Shown here piece by piece: positions 17,432-27,461 of a DNA stretch of 42,428 nt (position 1 is its first letter; each line of letters opens with the position of its first letter). The notes under the pieces were generated by a model. It did no database searches and had not been told where the DNA came from. It worked only from the letters and a program-made list of their open reading frames with translations. The stretch is from Nitrospinota bacterium (lineage in GTDB: Bacteria; Nitrospinota; Nitrospinia; UBA9942; JAHJSF01), in assembly GCA_018830405.1 (NCBI GenBank), contig JAHJSF010000046.1, positions 1 to 42,428 of the forward strand, given 5' to 3'. The position numbers were made by a program, and so were the translations under genes.

Positions 17432-17468
17432 AAAGCACCGTGCCTTTGTATTTAACCCCTTTTAGTGC

Positions 17469-17527
17469 ATTTCGTGTGTTTCGCGGTTAAGCCCTCTCCG
17501 CTCTCAGCGTCCTCGGCGGTTAATAAG
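17469..17527. repeat. Intergenic repeat family E, full copy at the thrC-side edge of the island
   Basis: The sequence is atttcgtgtgtttcgcggttaagccctctccgctctcagcgtcctcggcggttaataag. Confidence 0.8.
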
Positions 17528-17558
17528 AGAGGCGGTCTATGATTAGCAACCAGTATTG

Positions 17559-18935
17559 CTACTCGTTATCAAGATGATCGTATATTGCCTTTTTAACGCT
17601 CTCGGTCTTGGCCGGAAGGTCTATCGGTAGGTTGGCATATTTATTGTCAATCCCCTTCAATGCCCCGGTATGGTAATCCTTCTTAAACTCGGTAAACTTT
17701 AGTCCGTGGGCGGTTGAAACAACTACAACCTTATCGTTCTGTTTAATCTCTCCCCGATCAACCATCTTAATAAGGGCGGCCAGGGCGACACCCGTGTGAG
17801 GGCAGTTGAACAGACCATATTTATCCCCCATAGCGGCGGCGTTGGCCAATTCTTCTTCGCTGGCCTCTTCAACCTGCCCGTCGAACTGTTTCAAAACCTT
17901 GATGGCCTTATCAACACTTACCGGGTTTCCTATCTGGATGGCGCTGGCCAGGGTCTTCTTAGCGGTTACAGGGGCAAACTCTTTAAAGCCTGTCTGATAA
18001 CTTAGGTAGAGCGGGTTGGCCTGAGCGGCTTGGGCAACCACTATCTTGGGGAGTTTATTTATAAGTCCAAGCTCCTGCATCATCAGGAAACCTTTGCCGA
18101 GGGCGCTGACATTGCCGAGGTTGCCCCCCGGAATGATTACGATGTCGGGGACCTCCCAATCGAACTGCTGAACAATCTCAAAGGCTACGGTCTTTTGCCC
18201 CTCTATGCGGAGGGAGTTCATCGAATTGGCCAGATAGATATGCTGGTCGGCCGTTACCTCCTGAACAACCTTCATACAGCCGTCGAAGTCCGTATCCAGA
18301 GAGAGGACGAGTGAGTTGTTGGCGATAGGCTGAATAAGCTGGGCAATCGAGACCTTATTCTTCGGCAGAAAGACGATAGACCTTATTCCAGCCGCCGCGC
18401 AGTAGGCCGCCAGAGCAGCCGAGGTGTCGCCGGTGGAGGCGCAGGCAATAGCCCTGATATCCTTCCCCTCGGCAATCATCTGTTTAACCATCGAGACGAG
18501 GACTGTCATCCCCAAGTCTTTAAAAGACCCGCTGTGGCTGTTGCCGCAAAGCTTTATCCAGAGGTCGTTAAGCCCCAGCTTATGTCCGAACCTCTCGGCC
18601 CAGAATAGGTTGGTATGTCCCTCAAGAAGGGAGACGATGTTTTCATTATCAACCTCGGGGCAGACCAACTCCTTTTTCCCCCAGATACCGCTTCCGTAGG
18701 GCCAAACATTTTTTCTTGTCCTATCTTCGAATAGTTTTTTCCACTCCTCGGCCGACTTCTTTTTAAGCTCAGCCACATCGTGGACAACCTCAAGGAGGCT
18801 GCCGCACTTTTTGCAGCGGTAGACTACCTCGTTTAGGGGATAGCTTTCTCCGCAACCGGCGAAACATTCGAATCTGGCGCTATATGACACGATTTTTCCT
18901 ATCTGTTTATTGTTTATACCTTTGCTGTTACTCAA
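17559..18935 (-). CDS. thrC: Threonine synthase (long form with an N-terminal Cys4 zinc-ribbon-like segment)
   Basis: It has the PLP-lysine motif '[11 protein letters not shown]', 'ASTGDTSAA' and 'PGGNLGN'. The N-terminus reads 'CFAGCGESY...YRCKKCGS'. The start is uncertain: TTG at 18935 or GTG at 18890. Confidence 0.92.
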   Translation of the reverse strand: MSNSKGINNKQIGKIVSYSARFECFAGCGESYPLNEVVYRCKKCGSLLEVVHDVAELKKKSAEEWKKLFEDRTRKNVWPYGSGIWGKKELVCPEVDNENIVSLLEGHTNLFWAERFGHKLGLNDLWIKLCGNSHSGSFKDLGMTVLVSMVKQMIAEGKDIRAIACASTGDTSAALAAYCAAAGIRSIVFLPKNKVSIAQLIQPIANNSLVLSLDTDFDGCMKVVQEVTADQHIYLANSMNSLRIEGQKTVAFEIVQQFDWEVPDIVIIPGGNLGNVSALGKGFLMMQELGLINKLPKIVVAQAAQANPLYLSYQTGFKEFAPVTAKKTLASAIQIGNPVSVDKAIKVLKQFDGQVEEASEEELANAAAMGDKYGLFNCPHTGVALAALIKMVDRGEIKQNDKVVVVSTAHGLKFTEFKKDYHTGALKGIDNKYANLPIDLPAKTESVKKAIYDHLDNE

Positions 18936-18964
18936 TTTTTCGTTAGGGCGTATGCCCTCCTTTT

Positions 18965-19113
18965 AACCCTAAAAATCAAATGGCGAACTAACTTCTCCCC
19001 TCCCTTGAGGGGAGGGGACTAAGGGGAGGGTGAATTAATTGTCCCCCCTCACCCCACCCCTCTCCCGCTAGGGGAGAGGGAGTTGTTGAGAAAGCCTAAA
19101 AATCAAATGGCGG
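18965..19113. repeat. Composite repeat block: two family-C 3' halves bracketing three 'ctccc..gggag' hairpins
   Basis: The block reads aaccctaaaaatcaaatggcg ... ctcccctcccttgaggggagggg ... cccctctcccgctaggggagaggg ... agcctaaaaatcaaatggcgg. Confidence 0.8.
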
Positions 19114-19196
19114 AGTTGCTGAGCGGTAGCCATCAGCTTTTGTCTTTTATCTGTGTTTATCCGTGTTAATCTGTGGTTCCAACTCCCCATTTTTTA

Positions 19197-20564
19197 TTAA
19201 AACGGTTTTAAGTCTACAAATACAGGATAATTCTTTATCTTGTTATAGAAAAGACCTCTCATCCTTTCCAGCCCTTCCGGGGTGAGCGATTCAAACCGAA
19301 GAACCAGAATAGGCTGCGTGTTTGAGGCCCTAATCAGCCCCCAGCCATCTTCAAAGATAACCCTGGCCCCGTCTACATCAACTACGTTATATTTTTCTTT
19401 AAGCTCTTTGGTCATATCGGCCACTATATTGAACTTCTCACTATCGGGGCAGTCTATCCTTATCTCCGGCGTGGTGAATGTTTTGGGTAAATCGGCCAGC
19501 ATGTCGGAGATAGTTTGGTCGCTGTTAGAGAGTATCTGAAGCAGGCGGCAGGAGGCGTAGATGGCGTCATCAAAGCCATGATAGCCGTCGCTGAAGAAGA
19601 TATGCCCGCTCATCTCTCCGGCCAGTTCTGCCCCGACCTCTTTCATCTTATTCTTGATGAGGGAGTGACCTGTGGCTGACATGACAGGAACTCCGCCATG
19701 CTTCTCGATATCCTTGGGGAGATTCTGGGAACATTTAACCTCGAAGACAATCCTGGCTCCCTTTTTCCGGCTCAGAATCTCACGGGCGAAGATAACCATC
19801 AGCTGGTCTCCCCAGATGATTCCCCCTTTTTCATCAACTACTCCGATACGGTCGGCATCACCATCGTAGGCAATACCTACATCTGCCTTTTCTTCTTTGA
19901 CTTTTTTAATCAGGTCGAGCAGGTTTTTTTCTACGGTCGGGTCGGGGAAATGATTGGGGAAATGGCCGTCCGGTTCGCAGTATAGTTCAACAACCTCGCA
20001 CCCCAAGTCTCTTATCAGCTGCGGGGCGAACATGCCGCCGACACCGTTTCCGGCATCTAGGACAACCTTGAGCTTCTTCCCGAACTTTATCCGTTCTTTG
20101 ATCATCTCAAGATAGGCCGGGACTATATTCTCTTCAAGGAGTCTCCCCTCTCCTTTGGCGAACATCCCCCCCTCTATAATCTCTCTTATCTCTTGAATCT
20201 CTTTTCCATGTATGGTGCTGTCGCCGATGGCCACCTTGAAGCCGTTAAACTCAGGCGGGTTATGGCTGCCGGTAATCATAATGCCCCCTTCAACATCCAG
20301 GCTGAAGAGGGAGTAGTAGAGAATGGGCGTAGCTGTCAGGCCGAGATCAACAACGTCGACACCGGTTGAACGTAGTCCACTGATAAGGGCCTTGGAGAAA
20401 CCTTCCGAGCTGAGTCTGACGTCGCGGGAAACGGATACCCTGACGAGTCCCTGACGTCTCATCTTTGTTCCGATACCTTGGCCGAGTTGGGTAACAACCT
20501 CGTCGGTTAGATCCGTGCCGACCATTCCCCTTATGTCGTATTCTCTGAATATCTCGCTATTCAT
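19197..20564 (-). CDS. Phosphomannomutase/phosphoglucomutase
   Basis: It has the active-site loop 'TGSHNPPEFNGFK', the Mg site 'AYDGDADR' and the sugar loop 'GEMSGH'. Confidence 0.92.
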   Translation of the reverse strand: MNSEIFREYDIRGMVGTDLTDEVVTQLGQGIGTKMRRQGLVRVSVSRDVRLSSEGFSKALISGLRSTGVDVVDLGLTATPILYYSLFSLDVEGGIMITGSHNPPEFNGFKVAIGDSTIHGKEIQEIREIIEGGMFAKGEGRLLEENIVPAYLEMIKERIKFGKKLKVVLDAGNGVGGMFAPQLIRDLGCEVVELYCEPDGHFPNHFPDPTVEKNLLDLIKKVKEEKADVGIAYDGDADRIGVVDEKGGIIWGDQLMVIFAREILSRKKGARIVFEVKCSQNLPKDIEKHGGVPVMSATGHSLIKNKMKEVGAELAGEMSGHIFFSDGYHGFDDAIYASCRLLQILSNSDQTISDMLADLPKTFTTPEIRIDCPDSEKFNIVADMTKELKEKYNVVDVDGARVIFEDGWGLIRASNTQPILVLRFESLTPEGLERMRGLFYNKIKNYPVFVDLKPF

Positions 20565-20572
20565 GAGCCTCC

Positions 20573-21136
20573 CTATTCATTACGGGCATATTTGGCGCGC
20601 CCAATCTGATAGATATCGTTACCGTATATATCGTTTATTACGATAGCCTGAAAATCCTCCACTTCCATTTTTCTAATCGCCTCCGGCCCAAGATCTTCAT
20701 AGGCGATTATCTCTACCTTTTTTATGGAGCGGGCAATAAGGGCGCCTGCCCCGCCAATGGCAGCGAAATAGACCGCCTTATGTTTTTTCATCGCCTCGAT
20801 TACCTCCGGGGCGCGTCCCCCTTTCCCTATCATCCCCTTTAGGCCAACCTCCATCAGGCGCGGGGCGTAAGGGTCCATCCGGTAGCTTGTGGTCGGGCCG
20901 GCCGAGCCGATTACCTTCCCCGGTCTGGCCGGAGCAGGACCCACATAATATATGATCTGCCCTTTCGGGTCAAAGGGGAGAGGTTTCCCAGCATCCAAGA
21001 GGTCTACCATCCTCTTATGGGCGGTATCACGGGCGGTATAGATTGTCCCTGATATCTTGACCATATCCCCAGCCTTAAGTTTGCTGACAACCGCATCATC
21101 CATCGGGGGAACTATCTTTATAAAGTTATCCATCAT
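20573..21136 (-). CDS. Class I (Fe-S) fumarate/tartrate hydratase, beta subunit
   Basis: It has 'GTIYTARDTAHKRM', 'GPTTSYRMD' and 'GKGGR'. I moved the start to ATGATG at 21136, just after the alpha-subunit TGA; the tracked 21187 start would overlap by 44 nt. Confidence 0.85.
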   Translation of the reverse strand: MMDNFIKIVPPMDDAVVSKLKAGDMVKISGTIYTARDTAHKRMVDLLDAGKPLPFDPKGQIIYYVGPAPARPGKVIGSAGPTTSYRMDPYAPRLMEVGLKGMIGKGGRAPEVIEAMKKHKAVYFAAIGGAGALIARSIKKVEIIAYEDLGPEAIRKMEVEDFQAIVINDIYGNDIYQIGRAKYARNE

Positions 21137-21143
21137 TAAATTC

Positions 21144-21980
21144 TCATATTGTGATTTCTTTGTGTCTGCTGGCGTGGCAACAGACATTGACCCCTACCGG
21201 AAGCGAGGCTATGTGGGTGGGGAACATCTTTATGTGTACCGCCATGGCGTAGAATCTTCCCCCCAAACCTTGCGGTCCCATTCCAAGGTTGTTTATCTTC
21301 TCCAACAACTCTTCTTCCAAAGCAGCTAGTCTTGGCTCCGGGTTCTTGCTCCCTATCGGCCTTAAGAGAGCCTCAGTAGCCAGCATAGCAACCTTTTCCA
21401 AGCTCCCTCCGATGCCTACTCCGACAATAACCGGAGGGCATGGGTTTGCTCCTGATTCAGACATCCTTTTAATGACAAAATCTTTTATCCCTTCAACCCC
21501 GTCGGCCGGTTTGAGCATGGTAACACGCCCCATATTGTTACATCCGCCCCCCTTGGGAGATACTGTTATCTTAAGTTTGTCTCCGGGAACTATGTTGTAA
21601 TAGATAGAGGCGGGGGTATTGGTTTCGGTGTTTTGTCTGGTCAGCGGATCGCAGATAGATTTTCTAAGATAGCCATCTTTGTATCCCGCCTCTACGCCTG
21701 CATTGATTGCCTCATCAATGGAACCCTCTATGCAGACATCTTCTCCGATATCGACGAAGACCATGGCCACTCCCGTATCTTGGCAGATTGGCATCTGTTC
21801 GGTGCGGGCAATCTCGGCATTCTCAAGGAGGGCCTTTAAAATCTCTTTTCCCACCGGGGACTCCTCCAGCTCCAACCCTTTCTTAAAGGCCTTGATTACA
21901 TCCTCCCCAAGGTTGTAGTTGGCGCTCATACAGAGTTCCTTAACCTTCTCTTCTATCTCTTTTGATGCGATTTTTCTCAT
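21144..21980 (-). CDS. Class I (Fe-S) fumarate/tartrate hydratase, alpha subunit
   Basis: It has 'PICQDTGVAMVFVDIG', 'PKGGGCNN' and 'NPCPPVIVGVGIGG', typical of the FumA/TtdA N-terminal catalytic domain. Confidence 0.9.
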   Translation of the reverse strand: MRKIASKEIEEKVKELCMSANYNLGEDVIKAFKKGLELEESPVGKEILKALLENAEIARTEQMPICQDTGVAMVFVDIGEDVCIEGSIDEAINAGVEAGYKDGYLRKSICDPLTRQNTETNTPASIYYNIVPGDKLKITVSPKGGGCNNMGRVTMLKPADGVEGIKDFVIKRMSESGANPCPPVIVGVGIGGSLEKVAMLATEALLRPIGSKNPEPRLAALEEELLEKINNLGMGPQGLGGRFYAMAVHIKMFPTHIASLPVGVNVCCHASRHKEITI

Positions 21981-22075
21981 TTAAGTATTTATCTTATTGG
22001 TATGGTTGTAATTATTAAAACATGTCTGGACATGATATCAGGAAAAGGGCTGAACAGGCAAATAGAAGGGGACGG

Positions 22076-23557
22076 CTATAGACTCTTGAGGAGCGTTTCT
22101 GCGGCGTGTATGGCTGCTTTGGCGGTGCAGGCGGAGCTGTGGAATAGAGGGGCAGAGTCGTCGATAGAGTATAGTCCGCCTATGGGGGTCTTGGCCCGTA
22201 GCTTTGGCAGTTTGTAGAGATGCCGCTCTCCTATATATTTAGAGACCCCATCTTTGCCGCTTATGCTTTTATACGATTCGTGGTCGACGATACTATAGCT
22301 ATCTATATGTTTGGACAGAAAAGGCAGAGACCCCTCAAGCCTGGAGATAATCTCTTCGGCCTTTAAATTTTTATTCTCTTGGCTAACTTCCTCCCCCTCT
22401 ATTATCGGGGTCCAGGATGTTACCGTTAGAGTTCTTTTTCCTGTTGGGGCGTGTTTTGTATCGTTGTCCCGGTTTAGATAGATATGAAGAATCTTGCTTT
22501 GATCTTCGGAGTCCTGCAGTAATACCCTTTCCATCATAGGTTCAGGGATGACCTTTGAGTCTACCCCGATAAACAGTGTAAAGGGGACGAGGGTCTCCCT
22601 CTTCGGTGGCCTGCCCTTCTTGGCCAAATAGTTACTTAAGCTCCCACTTGGCAGCAACTTTGAGTTTATCTGGTAGAAAGGGAGGGAGGCCAAGACGTAG
22701 TTTGATTCAAGTTCAATCGGGGAGTCTCCTTCTCTTCCCACTATACCGCAGGCCCTGTTTTTCCTGATGATTAGGTTGTCGCACTTCGTGTTGGTTACTA
22801 TTTTACCCCCCAGGGAGATGATACTATCCCTTAACTTGTCGACCAGCGTCCCGTATCCCCCCCTAATCTTGTAGACCCCCCTCTTTGTCCTTCCTATCAA
22901 TACTGATGAGGTGGTTAGGGGGATGTCGTGACTATTCTGACCCATGATGGGAAAGTTTTGTATGGAGAAAAAGTCTTTTATCTCTTTGGGCTGTTGCCCG
23001 ATTATTTTCGATAGAGGCCTTTCGGCGTTAAAGAGGGCCTTCATCCTTCTGTTAGATTGAAGTATGGGGGAGTTTTTATTTGTATCGTAGTGATCCAGCA
23101 TTGAATAGGGATGCCTCTCAGGGATAGCATTAAAGATAATCTCCTCCAGGCTATCCATCTTGTCATATATGCTCAGGATATCAGTTGTGTGTCCCGGGAA
23201 TTCTCTACCCAGCTCTGCGGCCATATCCTCCCGTTTGGAGAGTATGTTGATTCGGTGTTTGGGGAGTAGAAGCTGCAGGGGGGTAGAAATTGGTTCTACT
23301 ATCCCTCCTTCGGCAAGGGGGTCGCCTAATTTAAGTTCTCTGAAGAGCCAATGAAAGACCTCTCCATATCCGAAGCCGGATAGGATGTCGGTTCCGACGT
23401 TGCAATGATAACCGATCTTATCGGTCAAATATCGAGAAAAGCCGCCGACGGCCGAGGCCTGTTCTACGACAGTTACGTCTAATCCGTTCTTGGCCAGTAT
23501 GGAGGCTGCGGTAAGACCGGCTATCCCCCCCCCGATTATAATTGCTTTATTTTTCAC
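22076..23557 (-). CDS. FAD-dependent oxidoreductase, phytoene-desaturase (CrtI/CrtD)-like family
   Basis: It has the N-terminal 'KAIIIGGGIAGLTAASILAKNGLDVTVVEQ...VGG' Rossmann fold. Its length (493 aa) and a C-terminal FAD-contact segment also fit. The substrate is unknown. Confidence 0.7.
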   Translation of the reverse strand: MKNKAIIIGGGIAGLTAASILAKNGLDVTVVEQASAVGGFSRYLTDKIGYHCNVGTDILSGFGYGEVFHWLFRELKLGDPLAEGGIVEPISTPLQLLLPKHRINILSKREDMAAELGREFPGHTTDILSIYDKMDSLEEIIFNAIPERHPYSMLDHYDTNKNSPILQSNRRMKALFNAERPLSKIIGQQPKEIKDFFSIQNFPIMGQNSHDIPLTTSSVLIGRTKRGVYKIRGGYGTLVDKLRDSIISLGGKIVTNTKCDNLIIRKNRACGIVGREGDSPIELESNYVLASLPFYQINSKLLPSGSLSNYLAKKGRPPKRETLVPFTLFIGVDSKVIPEPMMERVLLQDSEDQSKILHIYLNRDNDTKHAPTGKRTLTVTSWTPIIEGEEVSQENKNLKAEEIISRLEGSLPFLSKHIDSYSIVDHESYKSISGKDGVSKYIGERHLYKLPKLRAKTPIGGLYSIDDSAPLFHSSACTAKAAIHAAETLLKSL

Positions 23558-23615
23558 GCTATCTATAGTATTGGAGGCCTGCTCTCCTCCAACCGAGGGG
23601 GAGACAATAGGGTCT

Positions 23616-24956
23616 TTATTTAGAGAAATGCTCGCTTATGAAGTTCGTGGAAAAATGCCCTTCCCTGAACGCTTTATTTGCCAAAACCTTCCTGTGGAAC
23701 GGGATGGTGGTTTTAATCCCCTCCACGTGGAACTCTTCAAGGGCCCTATTCATCTTGGCCAAGGCATCCTCACGGTCGATTCCATGCACAATAAGTTTAC
23801 ATATCAAAGAATCGTAGTTAGGCAAGACGGTATAGTCGGTGTATATAGCGGTATCGACCCTTATTCCTGGGCCTCCCGGGAAGTTTAGGGCGGTTATCTT
23901 GCCGGGGCAGGGGATAAATTTATCAGGGTCTTCGGCGTTGATTCTACACTCTATGCTATGTCCGAATATCTTTACATCCTCCTGCTTAAGTTTTAGACTT
24001 TCTCCGGCCGCTATCCTTATCTGTTCCTTTACCAGGTCGACTCCTGTAACCATCTCGGTAACCGGGTGTTCTACCTGTATTCTGGTATTCATCTCTATGA
24101 AATAATAATTACCGTCGCTATCCATAAGGAACTCTATCGTTCCGGCACTTACATATCCAACGGTGGCGGCCGCCTTGACCGCTGTCTTACCCATCTTTTC
24201 ACGCTGCTTAGGGGAGATGATGGCGCATGGGGCCTCTTCCAGGAGTTTTTGGTGCCTCCTCTGTATGGAGCAGTCCCTCTCTCCCAGATGAATGATCTGA
24301 CCTGATGAGTCCCCCAATATCTGGAATTCTATATGCTTGGGGTTTATGAGGAATTTTTCTATATAGACGTTGGCTTCACCGAAGGCCGCCTCTATCTCCT
24401 TCTTTATAAGATTGAAAGACTTGGCGACATCCTCCTTCTTTTCGACTACCCTTAGTCCTTTTCCCCCGCCCCCTTCGGCTGCCTTCATGATTATCGGGTA
24501 GCCTATCTTATCGGCGACTATGACCGCCTCTTCAGCCGATTCAATCTGGCCGTCGCTCCCGGGAATGGTAGGGATACCGGCCCCTTTCATAATGCTTATG
24601 GCCCTAACCTTGTTCCCCATCAGTCTTATATTTTCGGGGGTAGGGCCTATAAATGTAATACCGCAGGCCTCGCAGACCTCAGGGAGGGCCGGGTTTTCAG
24701 AGAGAAAGCCGTATCCGGGGTGAATGGCATCGGCCCCTGTAATCTCGGCGGCACTTATTATGCTTGGAATATGAAGGTAGCTCTTGCTGCTTGCGGCAGG
24801 TCCTATACAGACAGATTCATCGGCAAATTTAACGTGGAGGGCATTGGCATCGACCGTTGAATGGACGGCAACGCTCTTAATGCCGAGTTCTTTACAGGCC
24901 CTTATTATTCTGAGGGCTATCTCCCCTCTATTGGCTATCAATATTTTTTGAAACAT
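23616..24956 (-). CDS. accC: Acetyl-CoA carboxylase, biotin carboxylase subunit
   Basis: It begins '[26 protein letters not shown]' and has ATP-grasp motifs ('GGGGKG', '[14 protein letters not shown]'). Confidence 0.97.
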   Translation of the reverse strand: MFQKILIANRGEIALRIIRACKELGIKSVAVHSTVDANALHVKFADESVCIGPAASSKSYLHIPSIISAAEITGADAIHPGYGFLSENPALPEVCEACGITFIGPTPENIRLMGNKVRAISIMKGAGIPTIPGSDGQIESAEEAVIVADKIGYPIIMKAAEGGGGKGLRVVEKKEDVAKSFNLIKKEIEAAFGEANVYIEKFLINPKHIEFQILGDSSGQIIHLGERDCSIQRRHQKLLEEAPCAIISPKQREKMGKTAVKAAATVGYVSAGTIEFLMDSDGNYYFIEMNTRIQVEHPVTEMVTGVDLVKEQIRIAAGESLKLKQEDVKIFGHSIECRINAEDPDKFIPCPGKITALNFPGGPGIRVDTAIYTDYTVLPNYDSLICKLIVHGIDREDALAKMNRALEEFHVEGIKTTIPFHRKVLANKAFREGHFSTNFISEHFSK

Positions 24957-24959
24957 AAC

Positions 24960-25412
24960 TTACTTCTCTATCACAAAGAGGGTTTCGTCATACTCGACAG
25001 GAGCAGCATTTTCAGCAACGATGGAGATAATCTTACCGGAGGCCTCTGCCTCTATTTCGTTCATAAGTTTCATCGCTTCGACTATACATAGAACCTGTCC
25101 CTTTTGAACCATATCCCCCTCCTTAACGTAAGGGTCCTCCCCCTCTCCCGGAGACCTGTAGAAGGTGCCGACCATAGGAGAATTAATCTTTATATAGTTG
25201 TCCCCTTCGGGTATTACCTTCCCTTTAGGTGTGGCGGCGGCTTTAGGGGTCGCCGGCGCAGGGACTGCGGCATGTCTAACGGCTGGGGCTGTCTCAATAA
25301 ATCCCCCCCCTTTTCTTAGGCGAACCTTGGAGTTGTCCTTTTCAATCTCTAATTCATTAAGGTCGCTCTTCTCGAAAATGTCGATTAGTTTTTTAATCTC
25401 ATTTAAGTCCAT
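24960..25412 (-). CDS. accB: Biotin carboxyl carrier protein
   Basis: It has a Pro/Ala-rich linker and the biotinylation motif '[12 protein letters not shown]'. It lies immediately upstream of accC. Confidence 0.93.
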   Translation of the reverse strand: MDLNEIKKLIDIFEKSDLNELEIEKDNSKVRLRKGGGFIETAPAVRHAAVPAPATPKAAATPKGKVIPEGDNYIKINSPMVGTFYRSPGEGEDPYVKEGDMVQKGQVLCIVEAMKLMNEIEAEASGKIISIVAENAAPVEYDETLFVIEK

Positions 25413-25518
25413 TTTCTGTTATCTCCTTTATCTTTGGTAAAAAATCGATTATCTATTAGGATTATGAAGTCCAATGATACCATACGAGGAGGGTATTTTA
25501 CTATTCAGATTCTTAAAA

Positions 25519-26619
25519 TTACCCCCCCAAGTTGGCCTTAGGTATACCTGAGGTTAATATCTCGCAGCCTTCTTTGGTTACGAGTATCATATCCTCTATT
25601 CTTGCCCCGCCCCAACCGGGGATATATATACCGGGCTCCACCGTTATGACCATCCCGGCCTTTAATATCGTATCGCTTTTGGCCGACACCCTTGGTGACT
25701 CATGTACCTCAAGACCCACACCATGCCCTGTGCCGTGCCCGAAGAATTCCCCATAGCCGGCATCCTCGATAATGTCTCTGGCAATCTTGTCTATATCTTT
25801 AGCCGGAACACCTGCCTTTACCCCCTTGATTGCCTCCATTTGAGCCGATAGAACGATATTGTATATTTCAGCCTCTTTTGGGCCTAAATCTCCGATTGGC
25901 AGGGTTCTGGTGCAGTCGGAATGGTAGCCGTTATATTTGGCCCCGAAATCTATGGTTATCATTTCCCCCGTTTCTACTCTCCTCTTGGTTCCGATACCAT
26001 GGGGAAGTGAACCTCTTTCCCCCGAGACAACTATAAAGTCAAAGGCGGTTTTTTCGGCCCCCCCTTTTCTTATCTGATATTCAAGTTTGGCCGATATATC
26101 CCATTCAGAAGCACCCGGCAGAAGGTTTTTACAGGTTTTCTTAAAGGCTTTGGCGGCTATATCGATGGCCCTTTTTATCTCCCCTATCTCCCCTTCATCC
26201 TTAATAATTCTAATATCTTCTACCAGGCCATAGGTTGGGTTTAGGCGAACCGAGGGGAGGCTACCCATTATTTTTTCGTACTGGGAGTAGGTTATTTCTT
26301 CCGCCTCAAAACCGATAGACTTGTGCGAATATGTTTCCAATTCCTTTATGAGATCGTCTAAGATATTAGTCCCGATCTTTACTTCAACACCAACCGTCTC
26401 TTCGGCCGCTTCTTCTCCATATCTTGGGTCGGTGAAGAGAAGAGTCCTATTCTCGGTAACAAGGAGTAGGCCGTTGCCGCCCGAAAAATTGGAGAGGTAG
26501 CGTATGTTTTCTGATTTAAAGGTAAAGAAGATATCTATCCCCGATTTGGGGAAGGCGTCTTTTAGGGAGTTCCGCCGCGATATATATATATCCTCTTTGG
26601 ATCTAATCTTTCTCTTCAT
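25519..26619 (-). CDS. pepP: Xaa-Pro aminopeptidase (M24B family)
   Basis: It has a creatinase-like N-domain and metal ligands in 'DFGAKYNGYHSD', 'HGTGHGVGLEVHE' and 'EPGIY...ARIED'. The start is set at the ATG at 26619 (the tracked TTG is at 26643); either overlaps the upstream TPR gene. Confidence 0.86.
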   Translation of the reverse strand: MKRKIRSKEDIYISRRNSLKDAFPKSGIDIFFTFKSENIRYLSNFSGGNGLLLVTENRTLLFTDPRYGEEAAEETVGVEVKIGTNILDDLIKELETYSHKSIGFEAEEITYSQYEKIMGSLPSVRLNPTYGLVEDIRIIKDEGEIGEIKRAIDIAAKAFKKTCKNLLPGASEWDISAKLEYQIRKGGAEKTAFDFIVVSGERGSLPHGIGTKRRVETGEMITIDFGAKYNGYHSDCTRTLPIGDLGPKEAEIYNIVLSAQMEAIKGVKAGVPAKDIDKIARDIIEDAGYGEFFGHGTGHGVGLEVHESPRVSAKSDTILKAGMVITVEPGIYIPGWGGARIEDMILVTKEGCEILTSGIPKANLGG

Positions 26620-27238
26620 GAATTTCAGATGAGATATTTTCAAAGATTGGCGGCCGCCTCTTTTTTTCGGAAAAGAGAGTTCTTATCTCCTTGAAGGCCG
26701 GGCTGTCGTCTATTAGGTGGTCGTCTGCCTCCCTGCTTCCGCCAACTTCCGTATCTTTAGGGGGGGGTGTAATCTGCCCCCCTTGTGTATCTTGGCTCCT
26801 CCTGCGTTGATAAGGGTTTATATGCTTTTTAATATCCCTTCTAACGTAATCTAGACTATTCCCCACCGAGCATATCTCTGCCAGTTCTTTTCCCATCTCG
26901 GCCGCTTCGGCAGCCAGGCCATTATTTAGGTATATTTCTATTAAGAGGCTTTTGGCTACTATATTTTCAGGGTCAGACTGGGTGACTATCTTTAGCTCTT
27001 TGGCCGCTTCTTTATATCTCTTGCAGATAAAATAAAGCTCTCCAAGAAGAGCGCGCCCGCTGGTGCAGTTGGGGTGGTGTTTTAGTCCATTTTGGCAGAT
27101 CTCTATGGCTATCTCGGGATTCCCCCTCATTTTGAACGAATTGGCCAAAGGGAGAAAGAGGAGAGAGCGAGGATTCTTTGTAAGCATCTCTGAATAATGC
27201 TTTATAAGGTATCTTTCTATTCCGATATCTTTTTTCAT
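26603..27238 (-). CDS. TPR-repeat protein
   Basis: It has several 34-residue TPR-like repeats, for example 'GRALLGELYFICKRYKEAAKELKIVTQSDPEN'. The C-terminal third is low-complexity. Confidence 0.6.
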   Translation of the reverse strand: MKKDIGIERYLIKHYSEMLTKNPRSLLFLPLANSFKMRGNPEIAIEICQNGLKHHPNCTSGRALLGELYFICKRYKEAAKELKIVTQSDPENIVAKSLLIEIYLNNGLAAEAAEMGKELAEICSVGNSLDYVRRDIKKHINPYQRRRSQDTQGGQITPPPKDTEVGGSREADDHLIDDSPAFKEIRTLFSEKKRRPPIFENISSEIHEEKD

Positions 27239-27461
27239 TAAACTTATTTATTTTCCCTTTAGGTATTATGCCGAAGTATGAACATATGAGATGAGAATCT
27301 TTCCCCTGGTAAGTAGTATATTGGAGAGGAGGTTGTTCTGCAATTCCTTTTTGTCCGTACAGGTCTCCGCAATCTTCAGATTCGCCTTGTCCAAACAAGG
27401 TGTTATGATATAAATTACTTGCTAATGGTTTTAATCGTTAACACCTATATTAAGGTTAATA

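Noticed and set aside
13813-17558. Possibility that the island is an integron-like cassette array, because 'GTTAAGC' in the repeats fits the GTTRRRY attC core
   Set aside because: No intI integrase or attI is present. The genes are in mixed orientation. The repeats lack a matching inverse core (RYYYAAC) at the right spacing, and the same repeat modules occur elsewhere next to housekeeping genes.
18936-19196. CRISPR array, given the many short palindromic GC-rich repeats here and at 2.4, 4.7, 8.5, 12.0 and 14.3 kb
   Set aside because: The repeats are not identical, are not regularly spaced with unique spacers, and never exceed 2-3 adjacent units. No cas genes are present.
27012-27398. 128-aa minus-strand ORF overlapping the 5' end of the TPR gene and the galU upstream spacer
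   Set aside because: It is out of frame with and overlaps the better-supported TPR ORF. It has no motif support, and its start lies in the divergent promoter region.
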